DNA of 32,000 nucleotides from an uncultured Opitutales bacterium (GTDB lineage Bacteria; Verrucomicrobiota; Verrucomicrobiia; Opitutales; UBA9783): NCBI GenBank assembly GCA_934691225.1, contig CAKUSQ010000001.1, positions 630,001 to 662,000 of the forward strand, read 5' to 3'. Shown piece by piece: positions 26,443 to 32,000 of this stretch (position 1 is its first letter; each line of letters starts with the position of its first letter). The notes under the pieces were generated by a model. It saw only the letters and a program-made list of their open reading frames with translations, ran no database searches and was not told where the DNA came from. The position numbers and the translations under genes were made by a program.

Positions 26443-27724
26443 GGCAGTTTTCGATCCAATGTTGTGTGCTAAAAAAACGTTGATGTAGATTTACATTGTG
26501 AACACGCAAGTATTCAACCTTATTTTTTAATAATTGTGAAATCGCTAATGTTTCTGTATCACGTTGAGCAGCTTCGCGGCAACCTAGAAGATTGTAAAAT
26601 GATTTGCGAGAATGACCAACAAGTATGGGGCAATTCCAACGACGTAACTGTTCGATTGTTTTTAGCATAAATCCCGTTTGGTAAGGAGTTTTAGCAAAAC
26701 CGAATCCTGGATCTAAAACGATGTTATGGCAAGTAAAACCGCAGTTTGTAAGCTTTTCAATTTGTTGTTGGCACCAGATATTTAAAGTTGACCATGGCTT
26801 TTCAATGTTTTCATTTTTGCGAGGAGGAACTGATAATGAATGCATGGTACAAATCTTGCAGCCCGCTTGAGCTATTTGTCGTAAAATAGATGTTTCTAAG
26901 CGGCCGGATACATCATTAATCCAGGCTATAGGATAACGATTGAGCAATTTTTCAATTAGATCATTTCGGTAAGTATCTATGCTGATAGGAATATTTTTCA
27001 AATCCAATGCATCGAGTACAGGATGTAAACGATTCCATTCTTCGTTAGCATCGAGTTGCTGTGACCCAGGACGCGTTGATTGTGCACCTAGGTCGAGCAA
27101 ACTAGCTCCGTCGCTTATCAGTTGATGACAATACTTTATTGCATTATCCGTTGAAAAATGTAAACCGCCGTCAGAGAAGGAATCAGGTGTGATGTTGACA
27201 ATTCCCATCAGTTGAGGATAAAGTGCAAAAGATTTTGTGAAGGAAGTAGGGTTTATCTTTTCTTGAGCTAGTTGTGCAAACGTTATTTGCGTTAAAGGAT
27301 CCTGCAAATTTGGTTGCATGGATGCAAGTAGATGTATTAAAAAATCTCTATTTTTAAGTTCAGGATGAGGAATAATAAGATCAGATGTGGTTAGCACAAT
27401 TTGATCGTAAAGGAGTATATCTAAATCAATGGTGCGAGGACTCCAATGTTCGTGCTTTGGTTCGCGTCCTAATTGACCTTCGATGGCTTTTAAATTTTTG
27501 AGAAGTTCATGCGGTTCTTGTTGCGTATAACCATGAACAACCATATTTAAAAAAGGGATGTCCCAGTTTTTAGGTGCATTATTGGGAACAATAGCTTTTG
27601 TTTCTAAAACAATGGATGAAGTAATTTCTGTAAAAATTTGTTTTAAGGATTCAAAGGCTGAACGTAGATTATTGAGACGTTGCCCTTGATTAGAACCTAA
27701 AGCTATGTAAACAGAATGTTTCAT
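26423..27724 (-). CDS. folKP: bifunctional HPPK / dihydropteroate synthase (FolK-FolP fusion)
   Basis: N-terminal HPPK: VYIALGSNQG, WSPRTIDLDILLY, IPHPELKNRDFLIHLL. C-terminal DHPS: MGIVNITPDSFSDGG, LLDLGAQSTRPG, ISIDTY, WINDVSG, LDPGFGFAKT, VGHSRKSF. Confidence 0.93.
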   Translation of the reverse strand: MKHSVYIALGSNQGQRLNNLRSAFESLKQIFTEITSSIVLETKAIVPNNAPKNWDIPFLNMVVHGYTQQEPHELLKNLKAIEGQLGREPKHEHWSPRTIDLDILLYDQIVLTTSDLIIPHPELKNRDFLIHLLASMQPNLQDPLTQITFAQLAQEKINPTSFTKSFALYPQLMGIVNITPDSFSDGGLHFSTDNAIKYCHQLISDGASLLDLGAQSTRPGSQQLDANEEWNRLHPVLDALDLKNIPISIDTYRNDLIEKLLNRYPIAWINDVSGRLETSILRQIAQAGCKICTMHSLSVPPRKNENIEKPWSTLNIWCQQQIEKLTNCGFTCHNIVLDPGFGFAKTPYQTGFMLKTIEQLRRWNCPILVGHSRKSFYNLLGCREAAQRDTETLAISQLLKNKVEYLRVHNVNLHQRFFSTQHWIENCHGNSND

Positions 27725-27736
27725 AAAAGCAAAGTT

Positions 27737-29224
27737 TTAAAATTTACAATTTCTCATATCTCCTGTAGCATTAAAAGCTTCATACATAGCAAAAGCACAC
27801 AATAAATCATGCGCAATATGTTTATTTTGTGTACGTTTTAGGTAAGCTTGTAGTAAAGGTTTATAATCAGGATGTGCACAATTATCTATAAGACATTTTG
27901 CTCGTTGTTCAGGGGATTTTCCGCGAAGATCAGCTACCCCTTGTTCTGTAATGATAATTTGGGTATCATGTTCTGTATGGTCTATGTGAGAACAAAATGG
28001 AACAATGCTAGATATGGTACCATTTTTTGCCGTTGATGGTAATGTGAAAATAGATATGTAACCATTGCGAGCGAAATCTCCTGAACCACCAATACCATTT
28101 ACAATAGATGATCCAAACGCATGTGTACTATTCACATTGCCAAAGCAATCAACTTCTAACGCGGTGTTAAGGGTAAGCAATCCGAGTCGGCGAATGACTT
28201 CAGGGGAATTCGTGATTTCTTCAGGTCGCAAAACAAGTTTGTTTTTATAAACCTCCCAATTATCGTAAATGTGTTTTAACCATGCATCTGTGATCGTTAA
28301 TGAACAGGCACTGGCGAATGAAATACGTCCCTTTTGCATGAGTTGTATTACCGCATCTTGGGCAACTTCACTGTACACGGTGAAAGAAGGGATTTCAGTG
28401 GCTTCTCCCATTGTTTTTAGAACGGCATTAGCTATGTTACCTACGCCAGATTGAATGGGCAAAAATGTCTTAGGAATGCGATTGCATTTTATTTCTTCTA
28501 GGAAAAAATGGGCAACATGGTACCCAATTTTTTCGTGTATAGGACTGATTTCTTTAAAAGTTACAACATTATCAGGTTGATCCGTTTCAACAACACCTAT
28601 GATTTTTTTTGGATCAACTTTGAGCGTTGTTGTTCCGATTCTATCGTTGGGTTTTAACAAAGGTATGGTTGTTCGATGAGGTGGATTTTTTAATTCATAA
28701 ATGTCGTGCAATCCTTTAATTTTAGCAGAATGATACGTATTATGTTCCAATATAATGTATTTGGCCTGTTTGCAAAAAGTAGGTGTTGCTCCAACAGCCA
28801 TGGTTAGTACAAGTTCACCATCATCGGTGTAATCTGCAACTTCTACAAAGGCGTAATCAATTTCACCTAAAAAGTGGTAGTTGATCCATTGAGGATAGTT
28901 GGATAAATGCATATCTGTGTAACTAACTTCGCCACGATTGATAGCCACACGCATATCTTTATTAGATTGATAAGGAAGTCGTAAGTTAACTGCATTTGCA
29001 CGGCTTAAAATGCCATCTACTAGATCGCTGGATGAAGCTCCTGTAAGCAAATTAACTTTGAATGGTTGTCCTGTGGCGTGAAGTTTTTCGGCTTTTTTAG
29101 CAATACTTGTTGGGATGCGTTTTATTCCACCTGCGGCCGTAAATCCACTGCACGCGATGCAGTCCCCATGTTTGATCATTTCTGCAGCTTCATCGGCTGA
29201 AATCTTTGGAAAGCTACTTCTCAT
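27737..29224 (-). CDS. acetyl-CoA hydrolase/transferase family enzyme (Cat1/ScpC/AarC-like succinyl-CoA:acetate CoA-transferase)
   Basis: About 495 aa. N-terminal ISADEAAEMIKHGDCIACSGFTAAG. C-terminal VNGIGGSGDFARNG (GxGGxxDF) and IITEQGVADLRGKSPEQRA. The ORF-track start 29260 is a TTG; the first ATG is 29224 (MRSSFPKISADEA). Confidence 0.8.
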   Translation of the reverse strand: MRSSFPKISADEAAEMIKHGDCIACSGFTAAGGIKRIPTSIAKKAEKLHATGQPFKVNLLTGASSSDLVDGILSRANAVNLRLPYQSNKDMRVAINRGEVSYTDMHLSNYPQWINYHFLGEIDYAFVEVADYTDDGELVLTMAVGATPTFCKQAKYIILEHNTYHSAKIKGLHDIYELKNPPHRTTIPLLKPNDRIGTTTLKVDPKKIIGVVETDQPDNVVTFKEISPIHEKIGYHVAHFFLEEIKCNRIPKTFLPIQSGVGNIANAVLKTMGEATEIPSFTVYSEVAQDAVIQLMQKGRISFASACSLTITDAWLKHIYDNWEVYKNKLVLRPEEITNSPEVIRRLGLLTLNTALEVDCFGNVNSTHAFGSSIVNGIGGSGDFARNGYISIFTLPSTAKNGTISSIVPFCSHIDHTEHDTQIIITEQGVADLRGKSPEQRAKCLIDNCAHPDYKPLLQAYLKRTQNKHIAHDLLCAFAMYEAFNATGDMRNCKF

Positions 29225-29245
29225 ACGTAAATCTATAGAATGCTT

Positions 29246-29276
29246 TTGAAGAATTATCAATGAAAACTTTTATATA
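29246..29276 (+). promoter_or_regulatory. possible promoter TTGAAG-N18/19-TTATATA, ending 6-7 nt before ATG 29283
   Basis: TTGAAG at 29246-29251 and TTATAT/TATATA at 29270-29276. The spacer is longer than optimal and the region is AT-rich. Confidence 0.2.
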
Positions 29277-29282
29277 AATGGC

Positions 29283-30227
29283 ATGTTTATAGCTATCTGT
29301 AGAGTTATTATGTCAGTTAGTAATGTTACAAATAATACACCTGCTGAATCCCCTGATAATAAGATGGATCCAGCAAAAAAGCAAGAATTTCAGAGTAAAT
29401 TGAATGGATATCAAACTACTTGGAATGGAATTAGTGGTAAATATTTGCTTGATGAAACTTTTAAGAAAGACATAGAAGCTAAGTTAGCGGCACTTCGAGA
29501 GTTGATTGATACCGAAGGTGAAGAAGCTAAGATTAATGAATTGATTAATGTACTTGCTGTTTTAATACCTCAGAGTAAGTTAAAAATCGCGTGGGCTAAA
29601 ATCAGTGATGCCGATAAAAATTTACTCAAAGGTGACGATGAAACGAAGAAAACTATTTATAATGAAATAGAAGATAAATTTGCTGAACTTCAGAAGTTGA
29701 TTAATGACAACGGTGAAAAAACCAAAATTAATGAATTAATTAATGCCTTAAATGTTTTAATAAATGGATCTTCTAAAAATATGAGCGCTGCAGAAAGAAT
29801 TAAGTGTTTGCAAGACCTTGATTCTGAAAAAGGTAATTTGTTTGATGATGATTATTTAAAAATAAAGGAAAAATTGAAAAATAAGAATTACATTATTGAA
29901 AATGAATTTAACACTTTGTTGTTATCATGTAAGTCAGATAAATGTGTAAAAGATTATGGAGATGAGTTGGTGTATGCAAAAAATAGGAAATTAGGGCATT
30001 CAATGCATATGTCAATGAAGGTTATTCAAGCACAAAATAGGTATAAAGAGTTTGAAATTGAAAATTTGGCCTATAACAAAATGCAAGAAAAAGCTGAAAA
30101 AGATACTGAAATGAAAAAATACTTAAATGAAGGTATCGGGAGTATGGATAATGATATAATAGAACGTCGTTCTCGTATAATACAGGAGGAACGTAACCAA
30201 GAATTACGGCGTACTCAGCAAGAATAG
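29283..30227 (+). CDS. hypothetical coiled-coil protein with internal repeat (T3S effector candidate, upstream of a chaperone gene)
   Basis: 314 aa, K/E/N-rich and helical, with no signal peptide or TM segment. The alternative start is ATG 29310 (MSVSNVTNNTPAESPDN). Followed after 47 nt by a CesT-like chaperone gene. Confidence 0.65.
   Translation: MFIAICRVIMSVSNVTNNTPAESPDNKMDPAKKQEFQSKLNGYQTTWNGISGKYLLDETFKKDIEAKLAALRELIDTEGEEAKINELINVLAVLIPQSKLKIAWAKISDADKNLLKGDDETKKTIYNEIEDKFAELQKLINDNGEKTKINELINALNVLINGSSKNMSAAERIKCLQDLDSEKGNLFDDDYLKIKEKLKNKNYIIENEFNTLLLSCKSDKCVKDYGDELVYAKNRKLGHSMHMSMKVIQAQNRYKEFEIENLAYNKMQEKAEKDTEMKKYLNEGIGSMDNDIIERRSRIIQEERNQELRRTQQE
29463..29777 (+). repeat. intragenic duplication, two ~40-aa modules about 61 aa apart
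   Basis: ETFKKDIEAKLAALRELIDTEGEEAKINELINVLAVLI aligns with ETKKTIYNEIEDKFAELQKLINDNGEKTKINELINALNVLI. DNA: aagattaatgaattgattaatgt... vs aaaattaatgaattaattaatgc... Confidence 0.75.
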
Positions 30228-30274
30228 ATTTAAATTGAAATAACATCTAAAAAAACCTTTTATTATTTTATATT

Positions 30275-30733
30275 ATGATTGAATTTTCAAATTACCTTTT
30301 AAATTATGGTAAAGAAATTGGACTTCCGGATTTGAATTTTAATGAAAAAGGTATTTGTTCGTTGAGTTTCGATTCAAAAATAAATATAGACATTGTTTAT
30401 CGTAAGGAACAAGATCAATGCATTTTTGCGGCTCCTATAGGAGATGTGCTCGCAAGTGGGCAAGAGAATTTTTTTAAGCGATTGCTAATTGCAAATGCAT
30501 TTGGAATAGAAAATGCAGGTGCTATTATTGGTATCGATGAAGAAAAAAATAGTGTAGTTTTGAGTTACACATTTATTGCAAGTACATTTTCATTTGATTT
30601 ATTTAAGGTGGTTTTGAATAACTTTGTCAATATGGTAGAAGAATGGCAGGATAAACTAGTCAGTATTGAATCTGAAGAGAGCTCTTCAGGTGCTGGCAGT
30701 GCACCACAACCTTTTGAATACATGTGTGTTTGA
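30275..30733 (+). CDS. type III secretion class I chaperone (CesT/SycE/Slc1-like)
   Basis: 152 aa. EIGLPDLNFNEKGICSLSFD, INIDIVYRKE, APIGDV, NSVVLSYTF, and C-terminal helix FKVVLNNFVNMVEEWQDKL followed by an acidic/Ser tail. Same layout as 1680..2120. Confidence 0.7.
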   Translation: MIEFSNYLLNYGKEIGLPDLNFNEKGICSLSFDSKINIDIVYRKEQDQCIFAAPIGDVLASGQENFFKRLLIANAFGIENAGAIIGIDEEKNSVVLSYTFIASTFSFDLFKVVLNNFVNMVEEWQDKLVSIESEESSSGAGSAPQPFEYMCV

Positions 30734-30774
30734 GGTAAAATTGAAAATTCTAAAAATATAAAAAATAAGTCTGT

Positions 30775-30803
30775 TCTCCTGTATTTGCAGGAGATCTTTT
30801 ATT
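30775..30803. terminator. bidirectional rho-independent terminator between the convergent chaperone gene and uhpC
   Basis: 7-bp stem TCTCCTG / CAGGAGA (30775-30781 / 30788-30794) with loop tatttg, then tcttttattt. An A-rich tract lies on the other side. Confidence 0.6.
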
Positions 30804-32000
30804 TGGTAGGATGTTTTTTGTTACATAAAGTAAGCGCAAAAAATGTTCCACCAATGAAAGAAGAAACCACAAACGTTAGGAAAACGGAATTCCAACCCCA
30901 ATGTTTGGCTAACACTGCGAGTCCGATACCGCTTACAGATGAAGCTAAATAACCTACTGTACCGGTTAATCCAGCAGCAGCGGCAGCAGCTTTTTTAGAA
31001 CCAAATTCAGCACCCGACAAACCTCCTAAAGTCTGAGGACCATAGACGAGGAATCCGACGCAAGCCCAAAAGAAGTAATCTACCACAGGTCTTTTGAATA
31101 TGGAAAGCCATAGTGGATCTTGAACGAGTGTGTTGAGCATCCAATATAGTGCAATAACAATTCCAAGAATAATCATCATGTAAGCGCCACAAATACCGCG
31201 ACGTTTAGGCATGAATTTATCTGTGAACCAACCTACAAAGAGACCACCCACTAATCCACCTGCTTCGATGCCAGCAACTTTGCACCCGGCTTCCATAATC
31301 GTGCATTTTTGTGTCTGAATGATGAGAACGGGTCCCCAGCAGGCTAATCCATTACGAACAAAGTAGACAAAAAAGTTAGCAATACAAACCATCCATAGAC
31401 GGTAGTTAAACAGTATGTGTTCCTTAAATACCTGTTTAAAAGATTCTTTAGGTTGGTCAGGTGTAAGAACATCTTTTTGTTCTTGCATAAGGCCTTCATG
31501 TACTTCTAAAGAAGGGAGTCCAATGGATTCAGGCGTATCTCGTAAACGTTCCCAAAGCCACAGTGATAGGACAAGGCAAATGCAAGAAGGGACAATAAAG
31601 AGATAACGCCAGCTATAATGTTCCAGGAGCCATGCTCCTCCAATAATAATAGCAATAGACCCGATTTGGTGTGAACTGTTTACGATTCCCCAGCGTGTTC
31701 CAATTTGTCTTGGTCCAAACCATTGGGTAAGTGTTCGTGATACAGAAGGCCAGCCCATCGATTGAAATCCGGCGCTAATGGCGTAAAGCAATCCAAATAA
31801 TACTACAGAGTTAGTGCAACCGGCAACGAAACTGCAAATGGACGCACAGGCTAATCCTGCAGGCATAAAAAAACGAGAACTGGATCGGTCACAAGCAGCT
31901 CCTGTTATGAATTTAAAGATACCATAGATGATAGAGAAAGCTGAAAAAGCCCAACCAATAGCTTCCATGCTGAAAGGACATTTGTCGGATGTTCGGATAA
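30799..32000 (-). CDS. uhpC: MFS organophosphate:phosphate antiporter, UhpC/GlpT family (hexose-phosphate transporter); 5' end lies beyond the window
   Basis: Polytopic MFS protein. AFSAFSIIYGIFKFITGAACDRSSSRFF, GWPSVSRTLTQWFGPRQIGTRWGIVNSSHQIG and RYLFIVP match the UhpC/GlpT pattern. The frame stays open upstream of Met 31968 to the window edge (..IRTSDKCPFS-MEAIGW), and about 60 N-terminal residues expected for the family are missing. Confidence 0.88.
   Translation of the reverse strand, partial: IRTSDKCPFSMEAIGWAFSAFSIIYGIFKFITGAACDRSSSRFFMPAGLACASICSFVAGCTNSVVLFGLLYAISAGFQSMGWPSVSRTLTQWFGPRQIGTRWGIVNSSHQIGSIAIIIGGAWLLEHYSWRYLFIVPSCICLVLSLWLWERLRDTPESIGLPSLEVHEGLMQEQKDVLTPDQPKESFKQVFKEHILFNYRLWMVCIANFFVYFVRNGLACWGPVLIIQTQKCTIMEAGCKVAGIEAGGLVGGLFVGWFTDKFMPKRRGICGAYMMIILGIVIALYWMLNTLVQDPLWLSIFKRPVVDYFFWACVGFLVYGPQTLGGLSGAEFGSKKAAAAAAGLTGTVGYLASSVSGIGLAVLAKHWGWNSVFLTFVVSSFIGGTFFALTLCNKKHPTK

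Noticed and set aside
28065-28454. Two 61-aa plus-strand ORFs
   Set aside because: They are antisense to the CoA-transferase gene, and one starts at TTG.
29610-29617. GCCGATAA, identical to the sigma-28 -10 consensus
   Set aside because: It lies inside the 314-aa ORF, where it encodes ..DADK... No TAAAGTTT-like -35 sits at the required 11-12 nt spacing.
30022-30246. 74-aa minus-strand ORF
   Set aside because: It is antisense to the 3' end of the 314-aa gene.
31007-31606. ORFs 31007..31192 (-) and 31415..31606 (+)
   Set aside because: They are nested within uhpC, out of frame or antisense.

Overview
AT-rich bacterial chromosome segment (GC judged by eye at under 40 percent, not computed). 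All calls come from motif recognition in the translated ORFs; no database search was possible. Gene content points to a chlamydia-like organism, probably outside the Chlamydiaceae. The indicators are a YscC-family type III secretion (T3S) secretin, three CesT/SycE-like class I T3S chaperones, a UhpC-type hexose-phosphate transporter, a FolK-FolP fusion followed by a CofE-like 'FolC2', a LysM-lipoprotein-ftsW-murG operon, murA, and several polar low-complexity hypothetical proteins typical of T3S substrates. I call 29 CDS (two truncated by the window edges), one tRNA-Ala(CGC), three rho-independent terminators, a few candidate promoters and three intragenic repeats. Housekeeping blocks: rplM-rpsI, tRNA-Ala, prfA, murA, a DAACS-family symporter, xerD, murG-ftsW, rpmB, prmC-pyrH-frr, gyrB-gyrA. 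I saw no CRISPR array, IS element, rRNA or obvious pseudogene. Most interesting region: the minus-strand T3S-linked locus at 1..5113. It reads YscB-position chaperone, then sctC, then (after a candidate leaderless-type promoter) a stand-alone cyclic-nucleotide-binding protein, a chaperone, and a GH13 glycogen-debranching enzyme starting 2 nt after the chaperone stop. This looks like a hard-wired chaperone/cargo module for a secreted glycogen enzyme, possibly under cNMP control. Second: a candidate effector-chaperone pair at 29283..30733. Other points worth a look: a basic protein with a CCCC motif, a LysM-only lipoprotein coupled to ftsW, a 709-aa protein with an internal 123-aa duplication, and a succinyl-CoA:acetate CoA-transferase-like gene next to folKP-folC2.
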